Positions 1 through 10,450 of a stretch of 64,000 nt of DNA are shown piece by piece. The notes under the pieces are model-generated. The model was not told the origin of the DNA. It ran no database searches and saw nothing but the letters and a program-made list of their open reading frames with translations. The translations under genes were made by a program, and so were the position numbers. Each line of letters starts with the position of its first letter. Position 1 is the first letter of the stretch. Source of the DNA: an uncultured Chloroflexia bacterium (lineage in GTDB: Bacteria > Chloroflexota > Anaerolineae > CG2-30-64-16); NCBI GenBank assembly GCA_963774265.1, contig CAVZDU010000002.1, positions 1 through 64,000 on the forward strand, in the 5' to 3' direction.

Positions 1-728
1 GCCAGGCCGATCAGCCCAAGCTGGCGCACCGGGTTATAGGTCAGGGCGGTCCACACGATCGACTGGGCGAACCGCGTCCCGTCGCGCACGACGCTGAGCT
101 TCGACCGGCCCTGCCGCTCGCTGTAAGGGATGGGCGTCTCGACCATCTTCAGCCCCTCGTGCAGCGCGCGCGTGCTCATCACGGGGGTCAGGTTCAGGCC
201 ATCCGGCAGGGGATAAATCCGGTCGAGGACGCTCTTCTTGAAGACGCGCATCCCGCTGGCCGAGTCGGTGATGCGCTGTGCGCTCACCAGGCTGACCAGG
301 TTGGCGAAGACCAAATTGCCCAGGCGTCGCACCCGCGGCATCTCGCTCTCCGCGCCCGCCATGCGCGATCCGATCACGATATCCGCGTCTTCTTGCAGCG
401 CCACACGGCACAGGGCCGGGAAATGCTCGGGCGGATAGGTGCCGTCGGCATCCAGAAAGCCGATCCATTCCCCGCGCGCGGCCGCGAACCCGGTCTTGAG
501 CGCCGCGCCGTAGCCGCCGTTGACCTTGTGGCAGAGCAGCCGGACCCCCGGCAGCGACCGCACGATCTCAGGCGTCCTGTCGCGCGAACCGTCGTCCACC
601 ACGATCAGCTCCAGCTCATCGATCCCGACCGCGGGCAGCTCCGACCGCACGCTCAGCACGCGCCGCGCGACCGCTTCGATCCCGTCTTCCTCGTTATACG
701 CCGGAATAACTACCGATAATGTCGTCAT
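1..728 (-). CDS. Glycosyltransferase family 2 (DPM-synthase-like), runs off the left edge
   Basis: Not in the ORF track; translated by hand from ATG at 728: [17 protein letters not shown]...[11 protein letters not shown]...[11 protein letters not shown]...[10 protein letters not shown]...DSASGMRVF; frame open to position 1. Confidence 0.9.
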   Translation of the reverse strand, partial: MTTLSVVIPAYNEEDGIEAVARRVLSVRSELPAVGIDELELIVVDDGSRDRTPEIVRSLPGVRLLCHKVNGGYGAALKTGFAAARGEWIGFLDADGTYPPEHFPALCRVALQEDADIVIGSRMAGAESEMPRVRRLGNLVFANLVSLVSAQRITDSASGMRVFKKSVLDRIYPLPDGLNLTPVMSTRALHEGLKMVETPIPYSERQGRSKLSVVRDGTRFAQSIVWTALTYNPVRQLGLIGL

Positions 729-743
729 TGCTCAACCTTGCCA

Positions 744-1535
744 TCAATAATGCACCTCACGCGACGGTGATCCCGCCCGGGTCCCATCGATCTCGCGTAA
801 CACCCGGGCCGGTGCGCCGCCCACAACCGTGTGCGGGGGCACGTCGGTCGTCACCACCGCGCCCGCGGCCACCACCGCGCCCCGTCCCACGCGCACCCCG
901 TCCGTAATGATTGCCCCCGCACCGATCCACGCGTCGTCCTCGATCGTAATGCCCTCCGCCGTGATGCCCTGCTCGATGATCGGCCGCTTCGGGTCTTCGA
1001 AGACGTGATTCACCGCTAGGATCTGCACGAGTGGGGCGGTGTAGACCCGGTCACCGATGGTGATCCCACCCTGACCGCGGAGGACATTCAGCTCGCCAAT
1101 GAGGCTGTCGCGCCCGATCCGGATGAAGGCATGAGGCAGGTCGCGGAAGTTGTAGACGTGGAGGATCGAGCCGTGCATAACGAGGCTGTTGTCCCCGATG
1201 GATATGCCTTCGGGGCAAGCATGCAAATAGACGCCCTGATCGAGGTACACACCGCGGCCGAGCCGGATATGATCTGCGTAGCGCAGGCGCACCCCATTCT
1301 CGATGGCCGCGAGTCCGTCCATGTGCAGGATGAGACGGTAGAGGATGGAGCGAAGTGCGATGCCCGCCACCGTCGGCACCCAGCTCCCCAGGGCCATGAC
1401 TGTCTGCTCAAGGATGTAGCGGGCCCTGCTGGATGCCTGGCGGTCCAGGTAGACGGAGACTCCCCCGCGTGCCCGAACGGCGGGAGGAGGCTCAGGCGTC
1501 GCAGCATGCTTCTCGTCGGTTCGCGGCTCGGTCAT
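744..1535 (-). CDS. Hexapeptide-repeat (left-handed beta-helix) O-acyltransferase
   Basis: [47 protein letters not shown]; directly upstream of the GT2 gene. Confidence 0.88.
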   Translation of the reverse strand: MTEPRTDEKHAATPEPPPAVRARGGVSVYLDRQASSRARYILEQTVMALGSWVPTVAGIALRSILYRLILHMDGLAAIENGVRLRYADHIRLGRGVYLDQGVYLHACPEGISIGDNSLVMHGSILHVYNFRDLPHAFIRIGRDSLIGELNVLRGQGGITIGDRVYTAPLVQILAVNHVFEDPKRPIIEQGITAEGITIEDDAWIGAGAIITDGVRVGRGAVVAAGAVVTTDVPPHTVVGGAPARVLREIDGTRAGSPSREVHY

Positions 1536-1802
1536 AGGACAGGCGCTGCCCCACTCACATCGCGATGGTTGTGAGCGCAGGTGGCAAGTGTGGAATACGC
1601 CGGAGCGCGTGCTGCAACGGGCGCAGTTGGGTGATCACTTACGGGTGTAATGCAAGGTCCCGTGGGATATAAGGTATCGACTGTCAACGACCATAGTATA
1701 AAATGCTTTTGTTACACTGACAATTTCCGAAACGGTGGACACCATAATGGCCAGCCGTCCGGCTCGACCTGTGACACGATTGTATCGCACGACCACGGGT
1801 GT

Positions 1803-1831
1803 TTGACAGGGTTGCAGCATCAACGTATCCT
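1803..1831 (+). promoter_or_regulatory. Sigma70-type promoter for serS
   Basis: TTGACA (1803-1808), 17 nt, TATCCT (1826-1831); AGGAGG RBS before ATG 1872. Confidence 0.7.
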
Positions 1832-1871
1832 TGCAGGTGCAATCTGGGCGAGAAGAGGAGGGGGGAGCACC

Positions 1872-3152
<1,281 letters not shown>

Positions 3153-3159
3153 ACAGCAA

Positions 3160-3190
3160 GGGCGACGCACCGTATAGAGGCACGTCGCCC
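3160..3190. terminator. Hairpin between convergent serS and tRNA cluster
   Basis: GGGCGACG (3160-3167) / CGTCGCCC (3183-3190) inverted repeat. Confidence 0.5.
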
Positions 3191-3215
3191 CGATTGCCCT
3201 GGCGCACCAGGGCGT

Positions 3216-3291
3216 TGGTATCCCAGGAGCGATTTGAACGCTCGGCCTCTACCTCCGCAGGGTAGCGCTCTATCCGCTGAGCTACTGGGAC
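3216..3291 (-). tRNA. tRNA-Arg(GCG)
   Basis: GTCCCAG/CTGGGAT acceptor, anticodon arm CTACC-CTGCGGA-GGTAG, TTCAAAT T-loop, encoded CCA; 76 nt. Confidence 0.93.
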
Positions 3292-3322
3292 ACGGATATT
3301 GAAGAAGCCCGTCTCGGGCCAG

Positions 3323-3416
3323 CGGGGAGGGCGGGATTTGAACCCGCGATAGGTGTGTATGTCACCTATACCCACTTAGCAGGCGGGCGCACTCGACCAG
3401 GCTATGCGACCTCCCC
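3323..3416 (-). tRNA. tRNA-Ser(GCT)
   Basis: GGGGAGG acceptor, anticodon arm CCCGC-CTGCTAA-GTGGG, long variable arm, G discriminator, CCA not encoded. Confidence 0.93.
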
Positions 3417-3444
3417 CGGTGTGCGCGGCAGCAGGCCGGGCTAC

Positions 3445-3532
<88 letters not shown>

Positions 3533-3562
3533 GCGGCGTGCCCTCATCCCACTGCACGAGCG

Positions 3563-3591
3563 AGTATAGCACGGTGCGCATCCACTGTCAA
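3563..3591 (-). promoter_or_regulatory. Sigma70-type promoter of the Ser-Ser-Arg tRNA operon
   Basis: Minus strand TTGACA (3591-3586), 17 nt, TATACT (3568-3563). Confidence 0.8.
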
Positions 3592-3640
3592 AACAAGCCG
3601 CAGGCGCGCCCCCGCTGAACACGTGCCGGGCGGGGGTGCT

Positions 3641-4797
3641 CTATCCCGGGTGGGCGGGCAACGCGGCCGCCATCCGCTCCAACGCCTCACATAACGTGCT
3701 GGCTGGACAACCGAAGTTCAGGCGCGCGAACCCCTCGCCGCCCGGGCCGAACCCCGCAGCCTCGTTCAAAGCCACCCCGGCACGCTGAAGGAAGAAATGC
3801 TGGGATCTTCGCCGAGGTTCGCCGCGCGAAAGTCAAGCCACGCGAGGTAGGTCGCCTCGGGAAGGGCCATGCGCACGCCTGGCAGCCGTTCCGAAACGAA
3901 CTGCATCAAGGTGTCGCGGTTCCGGCGCAAGTAGGCGAGACACGCCTCCAGCCACGGTTCACCCTCGGTGTAGGCGGCAAGCGCGCCGGTGAAGCCCAAC
4001 ACATTGATGTGCGGCACGATGTCGCGACTCGCCGCACAGAACCGCTTGCGCAGATGGGGGTCCTCGATGATCGCAAATGCAAAACCCAGGCCAGGAATGT
4101 TGAACGTCTTGCTTGGCGCCATCACTGTGACAGTGCGACGCGCGATTTCGGGGTCGAGACTGGCGATGGGCAAGTGGCGATGGGGCTCGAAGATGAGATC
4201 GCAGTGGATCTCGTCGGAGCAAATCGTGAGTCCCCGGCGCAGGCTGATTTCTGCCATACGCAGCAGCTCATCCCGGGTGAATGCACGTCCCGTCGGGTTA
4301 TGAGGGTTGCACAACATGAAGAGCCGGGTGTGGTTTGTTAGGGCGGCCTCCATGCAGTCATAATCCACGGCATAGCGACCGCTCAAATCCTGGGTCAGCT
4401 CCATCTCATCGCGGGTCAGGTTGAAGTTAGCCGGCGCGGTTCGCATGGGAGGATAGACCGGCGCCTGCATGAAGACGCCGTCGCCCGGCGCGCAGAAGGC
4501 GCGACACGCGATGTTGAAGGCGGCAACCACTCCCGGCGCATAAACCAACGCCTCGGGGGGGACGGTCCATCCGAAGCGCCGCTGCAGCCAGGCGCACAGT
4601 GTCTCGCGCAGCACCGGGGGCTCGTCCGCGTAGCCGAAGACGCCATGATCCACCCGGGTGCGCAGCGCTTCAATCACGGGTTGAGGTGCTGCGAAATCCA
4701 TATCGGCCACCCACAGGGGGATGGCCTCTCCATACCTGCGCCACTTGATACTATCCGTGCTGCGGCGCTCGATGATGCGATCAAAGTCGTAAGTCAT
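3641..4797 (-). CDS. MalY/PatB-family PLP C-S lyase (cystathionine beta-lyase-like); frameshift near 3803
   Basis: IPLWVADMDF, LCNPHNPTGR, SDEIHCDL, APSKTFNIPGL; the C-terminus (FFLQRAGVALNEAAGFGPGGEGFARLNFGCP) lies in the adjacent frame and ends at TAG 3641. Confidence 0.9.
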
Positions 4798-4821
4798 GGA
4801 CACTTCCCCGGTATGAGTTGC

Positions 4822-5550
4822 TCAAATCGAAGCGTAGGCACGAATCTGCCTGAGACAGGATGCAATCGTCTCAGGGTCGACGCGATCGACGAATATGGCG
4901 TGCCAGTTGCCGCGAGCCAGCAGGTAATCGAGCGAGGCGCTCTCTCGTATGTGGCCGTCCTCCTGCGCTTCGCCGGACACTATAACCGCAATGCGACCCC
5001 TATCGCAAAAGACGGCGAAGTCGGCAGTGAAAGGCTCGTCATCGTCCAGGGGATACGCGTGCTCCGTGTCTGCATCGAAGCCTGCCTGCTGAAATGCCTG
5101 CCACAGGCGCTCCTGCGCCGGAGTGCGCATCCACAAATCGTTTATCTCGCTGGCTGCAAGCAACCGGGACAGGGTCGTACGAATAAAGGTGATACGACGC
5201 AGGCGGCGGCTGACGATTGGGTGGGGCAGGAGCTCGAGTGGTCCGAGATCGACGCGATAGTAGCGATCATCTGCGCGAGGGTGACCGGGTTCTTCAGGGA
5301 TGAGTTCGCGCCGGGTGACCAGGTGGTATCCGCGTATCGCCGCGAACCAGCGCACAGCCCACCGCTCGTCGGGCGGGAACGCGCCGGTTTGATAGAAGGC
5401 GAGATAGTCGGCCGCGACCCGCGGCGGCGCATGGCTCAAAGGAATGCGATACCATCCCTGCTCGCGCGCTCGCACCAGGTCGCGGGGCTCGTTCATGACG
5501 GTAACCAGGACAGGGGCATCATCGGATGTGTTGAGAGCGTTGCTGTTCAC
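4822..5550 (-). CDS. Putative PUA-like domain fused to a degenerate DUF559/Vsr-like endonuclease domain
   Basis: N-term ...REQGWYRIP...YLAFYQT...YYRVDLGPL; C-term TPAQERLW...ADFAVFCDRGRIAV...LLARGNWHAIF follows the DUF559 pattern. Confidence 0.55.
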   Translation of the reverse strand: MNSNALNTSDDAPVLVTVMNEPRDLVRAREQGWYRIPLSHAPPRVAADYLAFYQTGAFPPDERWAVRWFAAIRGYHLVTRRELIPEEPGHPRADDRYYRVDLGPLELLPHPIVSRRLRRITFIRTTLSRLLAASEINDLWMRTPAQERLWQAFQQAGFDADTEHAYPLDDDEPFTADFAVFCDRGRIAVIVSGEAQEDGHIRESASLDYLLARGNWHAIFVDRVDPETIASCLRQIRAYASI

Positions 5551-5588
5551 GGGTGACTATTATAGCAGATGCAACGAGCGAAACGGGT

Positions 5589-6440
5589 CTACTGTCCCTG
5601 CCACCAATCCTTGCGCGATCGAGGATCGAGGAATGCGCCGTTATCCCGCACGGCAACCATGACCTGGTTGCCAACAGCAACTCCCAGCGCCTGGCCATTT
5701 CGGAGCGCAGGCAGGCTGTCCCGCCCCGTTGCATCCGCGCGCTGGTAGAGCGCCAACAGGTTCGGATCGACTGAAATGCCTTCCATGTGCACCGTGTATC
5801 CGGCAATCACGTTATCGTCGCGCGTGTATTTCAGCGTGATGCGGGAGGCTTCAGCGTACAACACCAGGGTCCGGTACCCGCCCGGATAGATTTCGGCGGA
5901 CCGGGACGGAGCCGCCAGGGCCTCACCAGGCCGCGTGCGCATCCCAAGCATTGTCACGGGTGGAGCCTCGATCAGGGCGCCCCGGCAACCGTCCGGCCCA
6001 CAGTTCCAGTTCCAATCGTACACCTGGTGGACGCTGACGAATTCCGGCGTACGGCCATCGGCAAAGATGCCCGGCATCTGCGGCGCGTCGGCATCGACAG
6101 GCCCGTTGTAGTTGACGAAACCGAGTGTGGCGGAAGCGCCGTTGTAGCTTCGCAGGGCCAGGTTCAGATCGGCATGCGATGACGCAGGCCGGTCGGTGGA
6201 CGGGGGCTCGACGGGGATCGCCTCATACCGATTGCCGGTGCTCACGTCTCCGGCAATCCTCGACACAAAAGGCAAGAATACCCGCGGCCCTGCGACCAGT
6301 CCGGCGCTTTGTGCAGGAGGTGTAGCAGCAGAGGCCGCATCGACGGACAGGGCAAGGCCGATGGCGGACAGGACGACAACTGCGACGAGCGAAATCCGAG
6401 TCAAATACGAACAACGCGGAGCGCGTCTCCGACGGGGCAT
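5589..6440 (-). CDS. Secreted hypothetical protein with an LPxV motif after the signal peptide
   Basis: Basic N-terminus, hydrophobic stretch and ASA-like cleavage site, then PRVFLPFVSR; CGPDGC pair; ends FLDPRSRKDWW. Confidence 0.7.
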   Translation of the reverse strand: MPRRRRAPRCSYLTRISLVAVVVLSAIGLALSVDAASAATPPAQSAGLVAGPRVFLPFVSRIAGDVSTGNRYEAIPVEPPSTDRPASSHADLNLALRSYNGASATLGFVNYNGPVDADAPQMPGIFADGRTPEFVSVHQVYDWNWNCGPDGCRGALIEAPPVTMLGMRTRPGEALAAPSRSAEIYPGGYRTLVLYAEASRITLKYTRDDNVIAGYTVHMEGISVDPNLLALYQRADATGRDSLPALRNGQALGVAVGNQVMVAVRDNGAFLDPRSRKDWWQGQ

Positions 6441-6456
6441 AGCAGTCTCCCGATGA

Positions 6457-7419
6457 TCAGGGGATGCCGGCTGGGTTCAGCCGGGCTGCCACATCTGGCG
6501 CGTATTGCGCCAGGTCGCGGCGAAGCTGGATCAGTGCGAGATCCTTGGCGCGCACCTCCAGCATGATATCGAACGGAGGAAGGCCTGCCGCGTTACGCAT
6601 GAAGTCGATGAACTCGAAAGGATTGACATAGTCCGCGTGATACGTCCAGCGCGTCCGCGTCACCCTGGGGGTTTCCCCCTCCCGGTGCTCCTCCACCAAC
6701 CACTCGGTTCGCGGCGTGCTCCAGTGGATCTTGGCCCGAACGCCGGCGGGCCAGGTGGCGAGGCAGGCCGCCAGGGCGTCCTGCTCAGGCATCGCCTCCC
6801 AACCTTTCAGGCGATGGTGCAGGCGGTCGAAAACCAGGCGAACGCCGGTGCGCTGGTGCACCCAGAGGATATCCTCAACGCCGTAACGAACGTCATCGTT
6901 CTCCAGCACGAGACGGGAGCGAGTGTGCTCGGGAAGGGACTCAATAACCTGGGCGCATCGTTCGCGCGCCTTGATCGGTGATCCGTACACACCACCGACG
7001 TGCGTAACAACCACCGCGTCAGGACCAGCATCCATCCCGTTCAGGATTGAGGCCAACACATTCAGGTCTGCCACCGCATTTGCCGAGACAGTCGGATCAG
7101 GAGAGTTGATGACTGTGGCGGCCACGGCGTGGAACGAGAGTCGTAGTGCTGCGCGCCGAGCCAGTGCTCCGACCTCGGCCAGCTCCGCCGCGCATTCGGT
7201 CACCTGGTTGTGAAACTGGGGCATTTGGGGGTGCGCGGCATAGGGGGCGAGATCAGACGACATCCGGTACATCTGGATGCCAGCTGACGCGAGGTAACCG
7301 AACAAATCGCGCAGATAGGCAAGACTTACGCTGAGATGCGGGCTGTTTTGCCACCGCCGGCTATCGTGGCTTCTCAATTCCGGCCTGGCAAGCGGCTTGA
7401 CTACGAATCCCAGGGACAT
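6457..7419 (-). CDS. uvsE: UV-damage endonuclease (UVDE)
   Basis: MYRMSSDL, LRLSFH, VVTHVGG, LVLENDD, VFDRLHH, KIHWS, HADYV, DIMLEVRAKDLA. Confidence 0.88.
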   Translation of the reverse strand: MSLGFVVKPLARPELRSHDSRRWQNSPHLSVSLAYLRDLFGYLASAGIQMYRMSSDLAPYAAHPQMPQFHNQVTECAAELAEVGALARRAALRLSFHAVAATVINSPDPTVSANAVADLNVLASILNGMDAGPDAVVVTHVGGVYGSPIKARERCAQVIESLPEHTRSRLVLENDDVRYGVEDILWVHQRTGVRLVFDRLHHRLKGWEAMPEQDALAACLATWPAGVRAKIHWSTPRTEWLVEEHREGETPRVTRTRWTYHADYVNPFEFIDFMRNAAGLPPFDIMLEVRAKDLALIQLRRDLAQYAPDVAARLNPAGIP

Positions 7420-7428
7420 AGGCTCACT

Positions 7429-8886
7429 TCAGGCGGGCTCTGCCTGCCTCCTGGCCAGCAGGCGGATCCGACTCTCCGTGAAGATGATGTTGCCATCCCG
7501 CCCGCGTCTCGAGTGTAATCCCGCCGCGTCGGCATCCACTCCTGCCTCAAGCATCGACGTCACCGAGCTTCGCGTCGCTTCGTCGGCCGCGGCCCGAGAC
7601 AGCCACTCTTCCAGGTCGCGGTTCAAGCTATAGCGCTCGCTCCTGACGATGCGCAGGCCCGCAGCGTTTAGCGCGGCCTCGATCTCCCCCGCGCTCCAAA
7701 TCTGGGTCACCCCTGGATCACGCCGCAGCGCGATGGCATTGAGAGTCGCTCGTTTTACGGGATCATCGCTGCCCAGCGGCTCGTCGACCAGTAGCCGGCC
7801 CTCAGCCGTCAGAAGTCTGCCCAACAGCGCCAGGAGACTGCTCAGGTCCGCTGCGTAGTGCAGGAGGTTATGGCAGGTGATGATATCGTACGATGCTTCC
7901 TGCAGGGGCAGCACGCCGATCTCGCCCAAGCGTAAATGCACATTCGCCAGTCCGCGCGCGGATCGCGCCGCCTCTGCCCGCTCCAGCATTGCCGGAGATA
8001 AGTCCACGCCAAGCACCGATGCGACGTGAGGCGCGAAGGCCAGGGCAACGGCGCCTGTGCCGGTCGCCACATCCAACACCCGTTCGTCCCCGCGTGGTTC
8101 AGCCAGGCGCACGAGGTCAGCCAAATCACGCTCACTCGGATACGCGATATCGGACGGTGGCACACCGGCCACACGCTGATAATGCTTGAGAATGGTTGTC
8201 GCGTTTTGGCCGTTTGTCCAGGGTGCAGCCGATTGACCGGCTGCGGGCGTAGTGGGTCGGGAAGACGAGAGGGCATCGAGATGTGCCGTGCTGTTGTGAA
8301 ACACCAGTCGCCAGTGGTTTACCTCCCACGTGAATTGAGTGACGCCGGTGTTCGCAGTGAACACTGCGACATGGTGGCCGCCAAACAGACTTCGCATGAG
8401 GGTCCCGATCACGCCCCCGTGGGTGAGCGCCAGGATCGTTGAATTGGACCTGCCGGTCACGATATGCGCCAGGCTGTCATGCACGCGAGCGCGGAAACTT
8501 GCATAGAGCGGAGCCGCTTCAGGGTTTGGCTGCCATAGGTCACCCCAGGAGTCCATCGGTGCATCCCAACTGTAGGGCAGCTCATCCCAATACTGGAACT
8601 CGGCTTCCGCGAGACCATCATCAATCACGATCGGCAGGTTTGCTCGCGCTGCGATGACCTCGGCGGTTTGCATAGCACGCATCAAGGAACTGGAGAGGAG
8701 AAGATCAGGACGGTAACGCTCGGCAAGCCAGCCGGCCACCGCGTGTGCTTGACGCCAACCGAGTTCAGTCAGCCCGCTGTCGACGTTGACTTTGTCACCA
8801 TCTCGATTATGCAGCGATTCGGCATGGCGGATCAGCACCAGGTGGATGGCCGGCGTTTTCGGGGAGGCCCTGGTAGATTGTCCCAT
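7429..8886 (-). CDS. Histidine phosphatase fused to a class I SAM-dependent methyltransferase
   Basis: LIRHAES...LTELG...SSSLMRAMQTA...LTHGG (phosphoglycerate-mutase-like), then VLDVATGTG...GVDLSPAML; start codon uncertain (8886 or 8919). Confidence 0.85.
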   Translation of the reverse strand: MGQSTRASPKTPAIHLVLIRHAESLHNRDGDKVNVDSGLTELGWRQAHAVAGWLAERYRPDLLLSSSLMRAMQTAEVIAARANLPIVIDDGLAEAEFQYWDELPYSWDAPMDSWGDLWQPNPEAAPLYASFRARVHDSLAHIVTGRSNSTILALTHGGVIGTLMRSLFGGHHVAVFTANTGVTQFTWEVNHWRLVFHNSTAHLDALSSSRPTTPAAGQSAAPWTNGQNATTILKHYQRVAGVPPSDIAYPSERDLADLVRLAEPRGDERVLDVATGTGAVALAFAPHVASVLGVDLSPAMLERAEAARSARGLANVHLRLGEIGVLPLQEASYDIITCHNLLHYAADLSSLLALLGRLLTAEGRLLVDEPLGSDDPVKRATLNAIALRRDPGVTQIWSAGEIEAALNAAGLRIVRSERYSLNRDLEEWLSRAAADEATRSSVTSMLEAGVDADAAGLHSRRGRDGNIIFTESRIRLLARRQAEPA

Positions 8887-8976
8887 AAGCGGATTATAGA
8901 CGAGTGTGTCGCGGCGCACAAGTCAGTCGTCTTGCCCCGATTGAGAGGATAATGTAGACTCGTACCGGAGGTGCGT

Positions 8977-10276
8977 ATGGGGGATATACTCATTCGTGGG
9001 GCCGACGTGCTCACCCTCGATGCCGCAGGGACCGCCTTACGAGGCGCGGACGTGGCGGTCAGTAATGGTTTGCTCGTTGGGGTGGGCGCCGCGCCGGATG
9101 ACTTCAAACCGGACGAGATCATTGATGCGCGCCATCACATCGTGATGCCCGGCCTCTACAACGCCCATATGCACAGTGGCACTGTCCTCAGCCGCGGCGT
9201 CGCCGGGCCAGGAGCGCCGGATCCGTGGTTTGATCTCCGAATAACACGGGACGCGCAGGTGAATCAGGTCGTTCGGTCAGCCATGACCGCTGAAGATGCC
9301 TATTGGGCTGCTCTTCTGGCTGCAGCCGAGATGATCCGGGGCGGCGTAACCGGCTTCATGGATCAGTACTTCTTCATGGACCGGGTCGCTCAGGCGGCTC
9401 TGGACAGCGGCCTGCGCGCGAACCTGGCCTGGTGCACTTTCGGCGACGAGAGCGGCGAAATCGGCGGCGACGTGGCGAGTATCTCCGCCTTCGTCGAGGA
9501 CTGGCAGGGCGCTGGGGATGGTCGCATCAGGACGTCGTTCGGCCCGCATTCTGCCTATATGTGTTCCCCGCGGTTCCTGGCGCGGACCGCAGCCGTTGCG
9601 GCGCGCATGGGCGCCGACATCCACCTGCGCCTGGCAGAATCGCAGGAGCAGGTCGATCTTTCCATGTTGGCCTATGACATGACTCCCGTTCAACTGCTCG
9701 ATCAAAACGGCGTATTGGACCTGCCGGTTGTCGCGGCCAACGTGGCGTATCTGGCAGATTTCGATCTAGAAATCCTGGCCACCGCGCGGGGTGAGGGTCG
9801 TCGCCTGCCCCAAGGCTCAGGCAGCTGCAGGACTGGCTACCAGCCCCATGTCCTTGTTGCGCGCTGCGGGCGTCAACCTGGCGCTTGGGACAGACGGCGC
9901 AGGGCTGGTTGGCTCGTTGGACATGTTCGAGGTGATGAGGTGCGCCGCGCCGCACCTCAGCGAGGACGAGCAGGCTCCGGGCCTTGCGTTGGGTTTGGCG
10001 ACCTGGGGTGGCGCACAAGTGCTCGGTTTCATCAATTGTGGCCGGTTGGCGCCCGGAAACACCGCGGATTGTATACTGATCGATTGCCACCGTCCGCACC
10101 TGTGGCCCGTACGAGATCCGCTTGGAACGGTATTACGGTGCGTTCGCGGAGGGGATGTCACGGATGTAATGGTGGCGGGCCGGTGGTTGATGCGTAAGGG
10201 AGAACTGGTCACCATCGATGAGGAACGCGTCTTTGCCGAGACGAGTCGACGCGGAACGATGCTCTTCGCTCAGTAA
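8977..10276 (+). CDS. Amidohydrolase, MtaD/SsnA-like; frameshift near 9782
   Basis: MPGLYNAHMH, EMIRGGVT, FGPHSAY, ALGTDG, GRLAPGNTADCILID, VMVAGRWL; split over ORFs 8971-10197 and 9791-10276. Confidence 0.85.
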
Positions 10277-10292
10277 TGAAAAAGCGGTTTCT

Positions 10293-10322
10293 TTGACAGG
10301 CAACCTGTTTGCCGCGTAAAAT
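10293..10322 (+). promoter_or_regulatory. Sigma70-type promoter upstream of the EF-G paralog
   Basis: TTGACA (10293-10298), 18 nt, TAAAAT (10317-10322). Confidence 0.55.
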
Positions 10323-10450
10323 GAAAGGGTTGACGACCGGCTGGAAAACCGCCGGTCGCTTTCCATAGAACTTATGGTCAGGCGCCCAGCGTCTGATGAT
10401 CTTCATTCTCACAGTAACATCATTTCGGCGCACCCTGCCGAGGAGGGGTA

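Noticed and set aside
1640-1871. Possible T-box leader upstream of serS
   Set aside because: No GGTGGNACC-type T-box followed by a terminator downstream of the promoter, which sits only about 40 nt from the start codon.
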